Sequence record: PZ386977.1
DNA length: 64,000 bases
DNA from: a phage
Direction: 5' to 3' (one strand)
Part shown: piece after piece, positions 25,761 through 35,106 of the stretch
How the letters are laid out: every line of letters starts with the position of its first letter
Numbering within the stretch: position 1 is the stretch's first letter
Position numbers and translations under genes: made by a program
Notes under the pieces: model-generated
Told to the model about the DNA's origin: nothing
Databases searched by the model: none
The model's input: the letters and a program-made list of their open reading frames with translations, nothing else

Positions 25761-25811
25761 TTCTCCAGTAGTTGATAGGTCTATAATAACACAACTACTG
25801 GAGAAGTAAAC
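25761..25811 (-). promoter_or_regulatory. early promoter (GTTTAC-17-TATTAT) inside perfect 14-bp inverted repeat that includes the RBS
   Basis: TTCTCCAGTAGTTG ... CAACTACTGGAGAA; classic arrangement for RBS sequestration in read-through transcripts. Confidence 0.6.
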
Positions 25812-26186
25812 TTAAAAACGTAATTTAGATATATCTGCGTTGATTTCGTTTTGGTTTGCGTCGTATGCAATTAAACGAACCGCTTTAGATGGGTCATTCA
25901 ATGCATAGAAATGATGGAACATTGCTCGAACGATATCGCCATTTACGAGTTCTACCTGGATAGGAGAACCTTTTTCGAGTTGGAAATGTTCATAAGCTTT
26001 GATGGTTCGTAGATAATCAAGTTTTTGATTTCCAGCTCCAACTATTTGTACGATACGTTTGCCCATGTTTTCCATACGAGATACAATAGTTTTAGGAGCA
26101 AGAATAACGTAGGTTGCCAGCGGAGAAACTACTTCAACAGTTGTGTTTTCGGTGATTGCAGTAAAAATTGCTTGAGACATATTCAT
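25812..26186 (-). CDS. hypothetical protein (124 aa)
   Basis: ATG ORF with AGAGGAAA RBS. Confidence 0.5.
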   Translation of the reverse strand: MNMSQAIFTAITENTTVEVVSPLATYVILAPKTIVSRMENMGKRIVQIVGAGNQKLDYLRTIKAYEHFQLEKGSPIQVELVNGDIVRAMFHHFYALNDPSKAVRLIAYDANQNEINADISKLRF

Positions 26187-26215
26187 AATGTTTTCCTCTT
26201 GGTTGGTGTAAGTTC

Positions 26216-26245
26216 ATCATATCATGCTTAGAGGAAGATGTAAAC
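26216..26245 (-). promoter_or_regulatory. early promoter (GTTTAC-18-TATGAT)
   Basis: upstream of ORF 25812..26186. Confidence 0.5.
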
Positions 26246-26252
26246 CCCGAAA

Positions 26253-26275
26253 GGAGACCGAAGTCTCCTTTTTAT
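26253..26275. terminator. terminator-like hairpin, stronger in plus orientation
   Basis: GGAGAC-CGAA-GTCTCC; T-run TTTTTATT follows on plus strand, only TTTC on minus; just downstream of gene 41 stop. Confidence 0.4.
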
Positions 26276-27717
26276 TAAAATTTTAACTCATTGGCTAAGC
26301 TATCTAGGTCAGCACGTGTTGCTTTGGCTTTACCTACGCGTTCCGTGCGATTCACCTCTGCCTGACGCATCTGAGCACCTGCGTTTTCATTTACTGTGTT
26401 AGGTGTGTTCATGCCTTCTTGCTCAATCTCAACCCATTTCTGATTGCCTTTACGTACACCCATCAAGAACTTGTTCCACTTATTCTTATCACCATATCGT
26501 GATTTGATTTGTTTGATAAGTTGTTGTTCAGCTTGTGCAAGTTCTTCGGTTTCAATTACGGCCAACATGAAATCTGCCGTTGCTGGTAAACCTGCTGATT
26601 CTGCAATATCACTCATGTTCATGTCTGAAGCATCCCATGCTGCACGTCCTACTTGGGCTGCAGTCCATAGAACTGTTTCAGATTCTACTGCTAATGCACG
26701 AAGTTCTTCTGCGATAGCTTTAACTAATGTGTAACTATTTTCAGTGTAAACTCTGATACGACAAGACCCACAAATACCTAAGTAATCAACCATGATTACA
26801 GATGGCACAAAGTTCTTCTTAAGTTTTAACTCATTAAGCAATGCACGGAATGTATTAGCATTAGCTCCACCAGTAGGATACTGTTTAACTACTAAACGTC
26901 CTAATGTTGTTTTTGAACGCCATTTTTCCATCTTGGCTTTATATTCAGCATAAGATACGTTACCATCATCGATATCATCGAGTGATACGTCAAGCATGTT
27001 TGCGTCTATACGCTTAGCACAAACTTCTTCAGCCATTTCCATGGAAATATAAAGAACATTATGTCCTGTTTGAAGATAATCTGCAGCAAGTGAACAAAGG
27101 CCTAAAGATTTACCAACGTTAACACCGGCCATTAAAACATTCAGTGTACCTGTTTCTGCACCACCTTTGGTGATTTTATTAAGAATGTTTAATTTGAACG
27201 GGACCTTACGTGCTTTATTTAGATAAGAAAGCCAGCGTGCTTCGTAGTCTTCCATCCAGTCATGACCAACATAACTATCAAACGAAATTGAAAGTGCTTG
27301 ACGCATAATATCAGGAATAGCTCCTACGTCAGGCATTTTCTTGTTACGTTGTTCTGGAGGTAGTTCAGCATTAGACTGAATCTCAATGATTTTGGATGTA
27401 GCATTATACATCGCTTTTTGCTGAACATATTTCTCAGTTTCTTTAACCAACCATTCGTGGTCTTCAGGAGTATCAGCCAATTTTTCAATTAGGTCCGAAG
27501 TTCCTTTATATTCGGCTTCAGTTAAAGAACTGTTATCTAAAGCCACCTTTAATGCATTGATAGATGGCATTGCATTATATTCGTTAACGTGGCTCTTTAT
27601 AATTTTAAAGACATTTTTTGCCGGTCCACGCTCAAAGTAATCAGAATCCATATAAGGCCAGACCTTAGAAAAATAAGCCTGGTCGTATACTAGATGAGAC
27701 AAAATAATTTCTACCAC
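26275..27717 (-). CDS. 41: replicative DNA helicase (DnaB-like, primase-helicase partner)
   Basis: 480 aa; GTG start with AAGGAG RBS; N-terminus VEIILSHLVYDQAYFSKVWPYMD; RecA-like core; T4 gp41 synteny. Confidence 0.85.
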   Translation of the reverse strand: MVEIILSHLVYDQAYFSKVWPYMDSDYFERGPAKNVFKIIKSHVNEYNAMPSINALKVALDNSSLTEAEYKGTSDLIEKLADTPEDHEWLVKETEKYVQQKAMYNATSKIIEIQSNAELPPEQRNKKMPDVGAIPDIMRQALSISFDSYVGHDWMEDYEARWLSYLNKARKVPFKLNILNKITKGGAETGTLNVLMAGVNVGKSLGLCSLAADYLQTGHNVLYISMEMAEEVCAKRIDANMLDVSLDDIDDGNVSYAEYKAKMEKWRSKTTLGRLVVKQYPTGGANANTFRALLNELKLKKNFVPSVIMVDYLGICGSCRIRVYTENSYTLVKAIAEELRALAVESETVLWTAAQVGRAAWDASDMNMSDIAESAGLPATADFMLAVIETEELAQAEQQLIKQIKSRYGDKNKWNKFLMGVRKGNQKWVEIEQEGMNTPNTVNENAGAQMRQAEVNRTERVGKAKATRADLDSLANELKF

Positions 27718-27726
27718 GATAACTCC

Positions 27727-28089
27727 TTAAAAGAATTTAAATTTTTTCTTGGTCCGTTCATTAAAAGCTTGTTGTACTTGCATTGTAACACATTTTTCAA
27801 CATGTGGTGCAAGTTCTGCTTTTCTGTCTTGGTCAAGAACTGCAAAGTCCATTACGATTTTACCATCAACCCAGTCTAGTTTTGTAATATAGACTATATG
27901 ATGGGAACCGTCTTCAAGTGTAATCAGAATCTCTTGAATGACATTTTCCATTGCTGAACGGACAATTTTAAGAGATTCATTAAACACTCGTTCTTTGCGA
28001 ATGTCCTCCCCTTCCAAAGAAGGGGATTCATCAACGATTTCTAGATTTAAATCATCGAGATTATTCATCGAAATCTTCCATTTCGTCAA
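27727..28089 (-). CDS. 40: small protein at gene-40 position (T4 gp40 is a head-assembly factor)
   Basis: 120 aa ORF between uvsX and gene 41; positional assignment only. Confidence 0.45.
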   Translation of the reverse strand: MTKWKISMNNLDDLNLEIVDESPSLEGEDIRKERVFNESLKIVRSAMENVIQEILITLEDGSHHIVYITKLDWVDGKIVMDFAVLDQDRKAELAPHVEKCVTMQVQQAFNERTKKKFKFF

Positions 28090-29233
28090 GGTCGTTTTCT
28101 ATATCTGCTGCAGACGGAGCATCAGAAGCTTTAACCGGAACTTTAGTTGTTGCTTTGCAATTAATAAGGTCGTTAACAGCGTCATCAACTTCTTTAATAG
28201 AAGAGATAGCACCTAGTTTATATTTAGTTTCAATTGCATCTCGGAAAGGTTTGTGTTTAAACAACGGTCCCCAGAATTCTACACAATCAGTAGCTTTAGC
28301 ACGCCACGATTTCTCTTCACGAATCATTTCACCTGTTTCTTCGTCAAGGAATTCACGAGCATACCAACCAGCTTTAGGCTTAACAACAAATCCAATTTCA
28401 GTTGCCATTTCTAACAAGCCACTGAATGGGTCGATACCGCCATCAAAATTAACCGTGATCGGGAAAGTAGATTTCTCTTTAACTGTACGAGATTTTTCTG
28501 CTTTCAACGTGAAGTCATAACCGGTCAATTCTGTACCTTCTTTAACCTGACGTTTAGAGATAAAGAATACAGTGTTAGCAGAGTAAAGAATACCTGTACC
28601 ACCACCCATAATCTCTTTAGGATATAGTCCGCCTATTTCCATTGCTGTATGGTTGATTGCAACACACGGAATATCTTTAATAGTCAGATAAGGAGTCACA
28701 ATACGGAACAGAGATTTAAGTGCCTTAGCACGAGACATATCACCTACGACTTTCTCGTTCAATGCATCTTCGGTTTCTTTCTTAGATGCAGTATTACCGA
28801 TTGAATCGATAAAGATAATAACTTTATCACCGCGTTCAATAGCGTCAAGCTGATTAGTCATATCAACTTTAAGTTGTTCGACAGATTGAATCGGAGTATG
28901 AACTACACGGTCTAAATCGACACCCATTGAACGAAAATAAGATTCTGAAGCACCGAATTCCGAGTCATAAAACAAACAGATTGCATCTTTATATTTCTTC
29001 ATATACGCTGCAACCATAGTCAGTCCAAACAATGTTTTAAAATGTTTAGAAGGTGCAGCAAAAATAGTCAAGCCTGATTGCAATCCTGCATTCAGAGCAC
29101 CACCTAGTGCGATATTCAACATCGGAATACGAGTAGGGACTTCATCACGATTATTAAACAGCTTAGACTTAGTCAAGTCTGCAGTCATTTTAGAAGTAGA
29201 AGCTTTAATCAGACGAGATTTTAAATCAGACAT
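28061..29233 (-). CDS. uvsX: UvsX recombinase (RecA/Rad51 family)
   Basis: 390 aa; Walker A-like TIFAAPSKHFKT and RecA core; size and synteny with T4 UvsX. Confidence 0.85.
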   Translation of the reverse strand: MSDLKSRLIKASTSKMTADLTKSKLFNNRDEVPTRIPMLNIALGGALNAGLQSGLTIFAAPSKHFKTLFGLTMVAAYMKKYKDAICLFYDSEFGASESYFRSMGVDLDRVVHTPIQSVEQLKVDMTNQLDAIERGDKVIIFIDSIGNTASKKETEDALNEKVVGDMSRAKALKSLFRIVTPYLTIKDIPCVAINHTAMEIGGLYPKEIMGGGTGILYSANTVFFISKRQVKEGTELTGYDFTLKAEKSRTVKEKSTFPITVNFDGGIDPFSGLLEMATEIGFVVKPKAGWYAREFLDEETGEMIREEKSWRAKATDCVEFWGPLFKHKPFRDAIETKYKLGAISSIKEVDDAVNDLINCKATTKVPVKASDAPSAADIENDLDEMEDFDE

Positions 29234-29286
29234 TGTATTTTTCCATAGGCATCATTATATTTTACTCATGTTTAAAAGATAAGACG

Positions 29287-29311
29287 ATTATATACTAAGG
29301 GTTATACAGCA
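29287..29311 (-). promoter_or_regulatory. candidate MotA-dependent middle promoter for uvsX
   Basis: minus strand TGCTGTA (one mismatch to MotA box TGCTTTA), 12 nt, TATAAT. Confidence 0.3.
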
Positions 29312-29331
29312 TTTAAAACTTTAAATGGCTC

Positions 29332-29880
29332 TTAACGAGCCCATTTGATGATTTCTGTAATCAAACCATTACGTTCGCTTGCATTAAATCCTATAACTTT
29401 GTTAGCACCATCATGATTAAGTAATTGATACGTTTGGATTTTGTTATGAATTGCAAACTCTTCAAAATGTGAAATGACTGTATTAAAACCGAATGAAGAC
29501 AAAGTAATAAGGTCGTCTTCAAAACTTTCAGTCATTTCGTTACGTGTTAAAATAATTGTGAACACATCATGGTTTTGGCAAAGACGAACATAATCCTGCT
29601 CATAAACATCAAGAACAGAGTCCGCATCTTGTCGAATACGTCCATAAACCCAGTTACTAATATATCCACGGTCTAACAGATAAATCTTAGTAGGGTCTAA
29701 ATAATTCAACATCGTTTCGAAACAGCCAACTTCATTTCTAGACTTAACATCGAAACGTCCATCAACTGTTCGTTTAGGGAAATCAATCTTTACATATCTT
29801 TCACTAATTTCCATTATGTCATTAATGAAAGTTGTTTTACCAGCATTATCCGGGCCATCTACTAAAATAATTTTAGCCAT
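29332..29880 (-). CDS. P-loop kinase-like protein (nucleoside/nucleotide kinase fold)
   Basis: 182 aa; Walker A GPDNAGKTT and LDRGYIS (DRY-like motif of dNK/TMPK kinases); located in the T4 beta-gt interval. Confidence 0.55.
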   Translation of the reverse strand: MAKIILVDGPDNAGKTTFINDIMEISERYVKIDFPKRTVDGRFDVKSRNEVGCFETMLNYLDPTKIYLLDRGYISNWVYGRIRQDADSVLDVYEQDYVRLCQNHDVFTIILTRNEMTESFEDDLITLSSFGFNTVISHFEEFAIHNKIQTYQLLNHDGANKVIGFNASERNGLITEIIKWAR

Positions 29881-29881
29881 T

Positions 29882-30781
29882 TTATTCCTCGATTACGACA
29901 TCTTCGTATTTAGGTATATTATACGGTGAAGAAATTAAAGCATTAAAGTAGATGAACTCACCAAGACCTGGATGGAATACTTCTTCAGGATTTTCGAAAT
30001 ATTGAATCTTCGGACGTCCTTTAAGAATTTGATAGTACTCAGTTTTAGTTGGATTAAAAATTCGAATCAGCGCTTCTTCAGGATACTTATTTCTGTCGAA
30101 ACTATTATTTGGATCAGTTATATAAAGCGGTTGACCTAATTGAATTGCGCATTCAACCACTTGTTCAAAACGATAGCATGGGTCACTAATTCGAAATGGA
30201 TGAAAAATACCATCTAGATGAATAGGAGCCAAATCACCTACAAGACGCTGCATGACGGAAGGACATATAACTTTCTGCGTTACGATAATCTTATTACCAT
30301 CTGCACCTGCGTTAACCAGCACTTCTTTTTGACGTTCATTCAACACAGTAGTTTGAAGTGAACGATTAACAGACAACATGTCGGTTTTTAAGAATTCATC
30401 AATATAAAAACGTGGTTTATTAGGGTCTGCAGTGATATTGAAATTGAATTCTACGTCAAAAGCGCCATCATATCCAGTGATATCTGTGATTAGAAAATCA
30501 CAATCATAATAAGCAATTAATGAATCAACCACAAATTCATTTTCAGACCAGAAATATTTACGAGTGTTATACGCGTTATCTTTATACCATAATGGAACAA
30601 ACTTAAATTCTGGGAAAAGACGTTCACATTCTTTAATATCAGATGCATTACGTGGATATGTAATCACATCACCTGGATTAGCACGGTGCAAATGAAGTTG
30701 GAAGTTGCCATCCTTAAGGATGGCATACTGTCCAGTTTCATAAGACCGCATACTCAAGATTGGTACGCGGAAAATAGCCAT
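29882..30781 (-). CDS. hypothetical protein (299 aa) in the beta-gt slot; candidate DNA sugar-transferase
   Basis: ATG ORF translationally coupled (TAATG) to gene 42; no recognisable motif; positional inference only. Confidence 0.5.
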   Translation of the reverse strand: MAIFRVPILSMRSYETGQYAILKDGNFQLHLHRANPGDVITYPRNASDIKECERLFPEFKFVPLWYKDNAYNTRKYFWSENEFVVDSLIAYYDCDFLITDITGYDGAFDVEFNFNITADPNKPRFYIDEFLKTDMLSVNRSLQTTVLNERQKEVLVNAGADGNKIIVTQKVICPSVMQRLVGDLAPIHLDGIFHPFRISDPCYRFEQVVECAIQLGQPLYITDPNNSFDRNKYPEEALIRIFNPTKTEYYQILKGRPKIQYFENPEEVFHPGLGEFIYFNALISSPYNIPKYEDVVIEE

Positions 30782-31497
30782 TAGTCAAGGAATCCTTTAA
30801 CATAATCAAAATCACGTTCAAACACATGGGCACTTACCATGGTATGAGTATAATCACCAACTTCTACACCGCATTCGTTAGCGATATAATGAAGTAATTT
30901 TCCTTGGAGATAAAAATCCAACTGCATAACAACAGCACAGTTCTGAGAACGCATATGACAGTGGGTATAAAGCTTACCATCACGAATATAATAAGTTACT
31001 GAGTCAGTACATGGATATTCAAGTGTTTCGTCCGAATCAAGCAAAGCCTGATCAGAACTTTCTAGAATTTGGAACACAACTCTTCGAGAGTTAGGTTTTT
31101 CTTTAAGTTCTTTTAGAAGAGTTGGTAATTGGGCCGCAATGCGAGGACCATAGAAAGTGTTGAAGTTCGCCGGCAAAACATCTGATTTTGGTTTAGAAAT
31201 AAATTTAGCGACATTAGGATATGCCTTAAACGCTTCTTCTGCGTTGGTACCACCAGAAATCATAAACTTCCAGAAGTCTTCGGCATATTCATAAGAGATG
31301 CGGTTAATACGTGGGTCGGTCATTTTGAATGATGACGGATTGTCAACAACTACTGTCATGGACCCAATTTCATTACAACGTCCAATACGAGAATCAGTTA
31401 CGAATTCCGGGTTTTCTAAAATTTCACGATTGACTGCTTTAAATGCGGTTTGAAAATCTGCGGCTTTGATATATTTCATTGTGTTATGTTTTCCCAT
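30781..31497 (-). CDS. 42: dCMP hydroxymethylase (thymidylate-synthase family)
   Basis: 238 aa; PCTDSVTYYIRD and MRSQN motifs typical of TS/dCMP-HMase fold; position matches T4 gene 42. Confidence 0.7.
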   Translation of the reverse strand: MGKHNTMKYIKAADFQTAFKAVNREILENPEFVTDSRIGRCNEIGSMTVVVDNPSSFKMTDPRINRISYEYAEDFWKFMISGGTNAEEAFKAYPNVAKFISKPKSDVLPANFNTFYGPRIAAQLPTLLKELKEKPNSRRVVFQILESSDQALLDSDETLEYPCTDSVTYYIRDGKLYTHCHMRSQNCAVVMQLDFYLQGKLLHYIANECGVEVGDYTHTMVSAHVFERDFDYVKGFLD

Positions 31498-31516
31498 GTT
31501 TACCTCAATACAATTT

Positions 31517-31542
31517 ATTATATACTCGATTCGTAAAGCTTA
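31517..31542 (-). promoter_or_regulatory. candidate MotA-dependent middle promoter for gene 42
   Basis: minus strand AAGCTTTA (MotA-box-like), 11 nt, TATAAT, about 20 nt before ATG. Confidence 0.4.
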
Positions 31543-31779
31543 TTTGAATTTCTTGGCAGTGTTGATATACCGTAAAGCTTCAGCATCGATACTTCCAAGA
31601 ACACTATGAAGAAATGCATCAGCGTAGTATTCCAATTGAACAGGTTCTTTAATCACTTTAGCCGCTTTGGTTTCAAACAGGCCCATAAGGGCCTTTTTAA
31701 GAATTTGTTCGTTAGTGTTCAGTTTAATAGTCAAAATCTCTTCATTAAGTTGATGATTAAAAGTTTTTCTAGAAATCAT
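31540..31779 (-). CDS. hypothetical protein (79 aa)
   Basis: ORF coupled (ATGA overlap) to the upstream 386-aa gene; not membrane-like, so not Imm. Confidence 0.45.
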   Translation of the reverse strand: MISRKTFNHQLNEEILTIKLNTNEQILKKALMGLFETKAAKVIKEPVQLEYYADAFLHSVLGSIDAEALRYINTAKKFK

Positions 31780-32936
31780 TCCGGGTACCTCAGAGCGTCA
31801 TCAGAGTTAGTTATATCAATAATAGATATAGAGTTTTCTGCTAACCCGTTTTTAGATAATTGACGTTTATAATATCTTTCACAATATGTACACGTTGATC
31901 CGCAGATTTCATTAGCACAATCAAAATCTGGATGTCTGAACCACCTTTTTTCTAAAAAGCCATCTAACAAAGAGGTTTCAATATTTACTGTATGTGAAAA
32001 CTCGGTCTCGTTTTCAAGAGTGAAAATGGTCTCTAAAGGCTTCCACAGTTCTAACAAATTACCTTCAAACTTTTCAGAAGCATAAGCTTCAAGAACTTTC
32101 AAAATGTAGTCGGTGCTACCTGTACGTCCTGAAACTTTGAATTGAGTGATACCAATATCATTATAAAGTTTCAAATCTTGAGGACGAACAAAACGAGTTC
32201 TCAACCAGTTAAATGGGTCTGTATCACGAGCTTTAATACAGTGCTGCATTGGATATCCGTTTAAGGATTTAGCATCATCAGCTGTAACATCAGTACTATG
32301 GAAAATATAGCAAGAGTCACGATAGCTACAATGTGTTGTATACCCTTTACCAGCATTAGAACAGAACTCATTTACAAGAACTTCAAATATTATATTGTTC
32401 TTATTGCAAAACTCTGCTGCACGCTTCAGGAAAGAAACTGAACGGTTCTTATGAATTCCGCAACAGACTTTTTTGATGTTATATTGGTCGTGCAAGTATT
32501 TGATTTGAGTTACAGCATCGACATGTAGAATTGTTGAAACTTCAATCTCAATGTCTTTATTGACTTCACGAACAATTTCCATAACAACAGGGTTAGCGAT
32601 AGTAATACGCCATACGCCTATTGACCAAAGATACTGAACATAATCCTGAATAGCTTTCTTCTTCCACTCGACTAGTTCTCTTTTTGAACCAGGATTTATC
32701 GTGTTGAGTGTATAGTTAAAGCAAATACCTAATTCGTTACAACGTTTAACGTAATCTTCTAACATCTTTTTGTCAACGTCAGGAAGCCTAAAATCAGGTC
32801 TGGCTGCTACAAAAGCCATTTCTCTTGTAGAGCCATATACTTCGTTTATCAAGCTATTAGGATAGGTTTTATTGAGCTCTACGATTTTATCAAGAAGAGC
32901 TAAATCAAAATTCGTTCCGATTTTAAAAGTATTCAT
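31776..32936 (-). CDS. Cys-rich hypothetical enzyme (386 aa), part of the modification cassette
   Basis: C-terminal cluster CANEICGSTCTYC plus further conserved Cys; no confident family assignment. Confidence 0.55.
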   Translation of the reverse strand: MNTFKIGTNFDLALLDKIVELNKTYPNSLINEVYGSTREMAFVAARPDFRLPDVDKKMLEDYVKRCNELGICFNYTLNTINPGSKRELVEWKKKAIQDYVQYLWSIGVWRITIANPVVMEIVREVNKDIEIEVSTILHVDAVTQIKYLHDQYNIKKVCCGIHKNRSVSFLKRAAEFCNKNNIIFEVLVNEFCSNAGKGYTTHCSYRDSCYIFHSTDVTADDAKSLNGYPMQHCIKARDTDPFNWLRTRFVRPQDLKLYNDIGITQFKVSGRTGSTDYILKVLEAYASEKFEGNLLELWKPLETIFTLENETEFSHTVNIETSLLDGFLEKRWFRHPDFDCANEICGSTCTYCERYYKRQLSKNGLAENSISIIDITNSDDALRYPE

Positions 32937-32993
32937 TTTTTTGCATCTCGCGTTAATTGATGCGATGGTTTTTTGCAGGTCTTACTTAAATTA

Positions 32994-33380
32994 TTATAGA
33001 TTCGGTTTATATGATTTAAATGTTTCGAATTCGCCTTTATTCATAAGAGCTTTGAATTCGTCAGGACGCATAGCTTTGTCGTCGATAATCCAATCATATA
33101 CTGGTTTATGTGTTAGCAAATTATGGTACTTCAAGCCAATGTTTGCCAAGTTCTGAATCAGACTTGGGAGAATGTCAATTGCTATACGTCCAGGACCTAC
33201 TGACTTCATACCACGAGCAGTGTAAAGCGTTATGGTGTGCCCTGCATCATACAGGGCATTAATGGCGGACACCATTTCGACGTCTGGTTTGAAGTTCACA
33301 TAATCACGATTGTTATTCCATTCCGTGATGCAATCATCGACATCAAAACAAAGATTAAGCATGTTTTCTACACGGTGCAT
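32994..33380 (-). CDS. small HAD-superfamily phosphatase (capless, KdsC-like)
   Basis: motif I FDVDDCITEW, motif II ITLYTARG, motif III/IV K...WIIDDKA; start trimmed to ATG overlapping upstream stop. Confidence 0.55.
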   Translation of the reverse strand: MHRVENMLNLCFDVDDCITEWNNNRDYVNFKPDVEMVSAINALYDAGHTITLYTARGMKSVGPGRIAIDILPSLIQNLANIGLKYHNLLTHKPVYDWIIDDKAMRPDEFKALMNKGEFETFKSYKPNL

Positions 33381-35065
33381 TAGATTCGTTCCCATTGATG
33401 AGTGATATCGCCACCGATTGGACGATAGGAAACACCAGTTTCTTTATCAGTTAGTACCCATTTACCAGGATTTTTTGTAATCAGAGTAGCCGTTACAGGT
33501 TCTGCTACGTCATAACTAATAGAGCCATCTTGAAGTACACGGCCCATGTTACGTAATTGCTTAGTCAGAAGTTCCATACCTTTATAATATGCGGCTACCG
33601 CTTTAAGTGGATTATTCTTGAAATAACCACCTAATGCAATCCAGATAATTGCTACTGCCAAATGATGATACTCGTTAAACGAACTCATCTTTCCATATTT
33701 GTAAACTAATGGATTGATGTTAATAGTCACATTACAAGTTGTTTCATCAATAATAAACTGACCCCAGGTCGGATTAGCATTGAATTCATCATAACCTGAA
33801 ACAGCATAAAGCACTTTAGCTTCATCATACAATTTTGGCCCGTAAATCTTGGTTTCACCAAAATATCCACGAGGGTCGATAAACTTGACTTCGCCGTTAT
33901 CAGTAATCATAGTATTACTGAAGTTCGGGTCACCATGAATAACAGAGTACTGTCCCTGAGAACGGTTATGATAACGAATAAGATGTTCTAAAGCTTGTTT
34001 CAACATTGGCTTCAGACGTCCAATCTTAGTGTAGTTCACGTGTGTGATTTTACCAAATGAATCAATCAATGGCTGAATGCTTTCACAACGATCAATAACT
34101 TTCGTATAGAACTCTTTAGTGAAATCACGGCGAACAGTTTCAGGACTTACAAAATAAGTGTCTGTGCTGAATTTCAGTGCATCTAAAATTGCATCAACAA
34201 TTTGTGGACGAGCAAGACTTGATTTGGATTTAATATATTCAAATGCCGGCTTACCTTTAATACGTTCCATTTCAAAGTTATTTTCATTAACAGAAACTAA
34301 CTGAGGGACTGAATCTGATTTCACTTTCAAATACCATGAAATCTCATCTTTCTGAAGAGCTCGACCCTGTTCGGTTAATGCGAATTTAGTTACAGTTTCT
34401 TCACCAATTTCAACTGCATTAAAACTACGATTAAGTTCACGAACTTCATGAGCTTTTTCAAGTTTAGGCATATCACCTAAATCAATTATATTCATAAGCT
34501 CTGATTTATTGAATGCGCCGCTGTAAAGGAATTCTACGAAATCACGTCCTTTGCAGTATTCATGAATTTCCTCATCAGTAGAACCCATATAGAATTCCCA
34601 GTCTTTGAACTGATAAATTCCTACAACATTACCACCTGTTGAACCTACGTTAGTGATATTTTCACCATCGAAATTATATCGACATTCATCACCCTTAACA
34701 TAGATTGCGTTAACATTCCAAGACCATGAACCAAAGTCAGGAATAATATCACACCAGTTAACAATTACGTTATGGCCATCTAAATCTTTGTATAATTTAG
34801 CAAGAGCATAAGCAGAACCATACGCTTCATCAACTGTACGAATAGTCACATTGAACCCTTCTTGCTCGCAATAAGCTCGAACAGTTTCAGCAAATTTTGA
34901 ATGAACTACTACAATAATTTCATCTGCGCCAAGGTCAGAATAAATTGTATACAAATTGCTCAGAATAGTGTCTTGTTTATAGTTAACAAGCACCTTAGGA
35001 ATATGGTGCGTTATTGGATACAAACGAGTTGCCAGTCCAGCACCAAGAATAACAGCTTTTTTCAT
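33380..35065 (-). CDS. bifunctional sugar-1-phosphate nucleotidyltransferase (N-terminal) / sugar kinase (C-terminal, APH/choline-kinase fold)
   Basis: 561 aa; N-terminal AVILGAGLATRL and GSAYAL motifs; C-terminal HGDPNFSNTMI and FIDPRG kinase motifs. Confidence 0.65.
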   Translation of the reverse strand: MKKAVILGAGLATRLYPITHHIPKVLVNYKQDTILSNLYTIYSDLGADEIIVVVHSKFAETVRAYCEQEGFNVTIRTVDEAYGSAYALAKLYKDLDGHNVIVNWCDIIPDFGSWSWNVNAIYVKGDECRYNFDGENITNVGSTGGNVVGIYQFKDWEFYMGSTDEEIHEYCKGRDFVEFLYSGAFNKSELMNIIDLGDMPKLEKAHEVRELNRSFNAVEIGEETVTKFALTEQGRALQKDEISWYLKVKSDSVPQLVSVNENNFEMERIKGKPAFEYIKSKSSLARPQIVDAILDALKFSTDTYFVSPETVRRDFTKEFYTKVIDRCESIQPLIDSFGKITHVNYTKIGRLKPMLKQALEHLIRYHNRSQGQYSVIHGDPNFSNTMITDNGEVKFIDPRGYFGETKIYGPKLYDEAKVLYAVSGYDEFNANPTWGQFIIDETTCNVTININPLVYKYGKMSSFNEYHHLAVAIIWIALGGYFKNNPLKAVAAYYKGMELLTKQLRNMGRVLQDGSISYDVAEPVTATLITKNPGKWVLTDKETGVSYRPIGGDITHQWERI

Positions 35066-35106
35066 GTTGTGGTCCTCATTGGTAAGTAGGTGTATTGTAC
35101 ACTATT

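Noticed and set aside
31540-31779. Imm (immunity protein) assignment for the 79-aa ORF next to gene 42
   Set aside because: T4 Imm is an integral membrane protein; this ORF has no hydrophobic segment.
31776-32936. Peptidase U32 / radical-SAM assignment for the 386-aa Cys-rich protein
   Set aside because: The U32 signature (E-x-F-x2-G-[SA]-[LIVM]-C-x4-G-x-C) does not match and the Cys cluster is C-terminal with CxxxxCxxxCxxC spacing rather than CxxxCxxC, so it is left unassigned.
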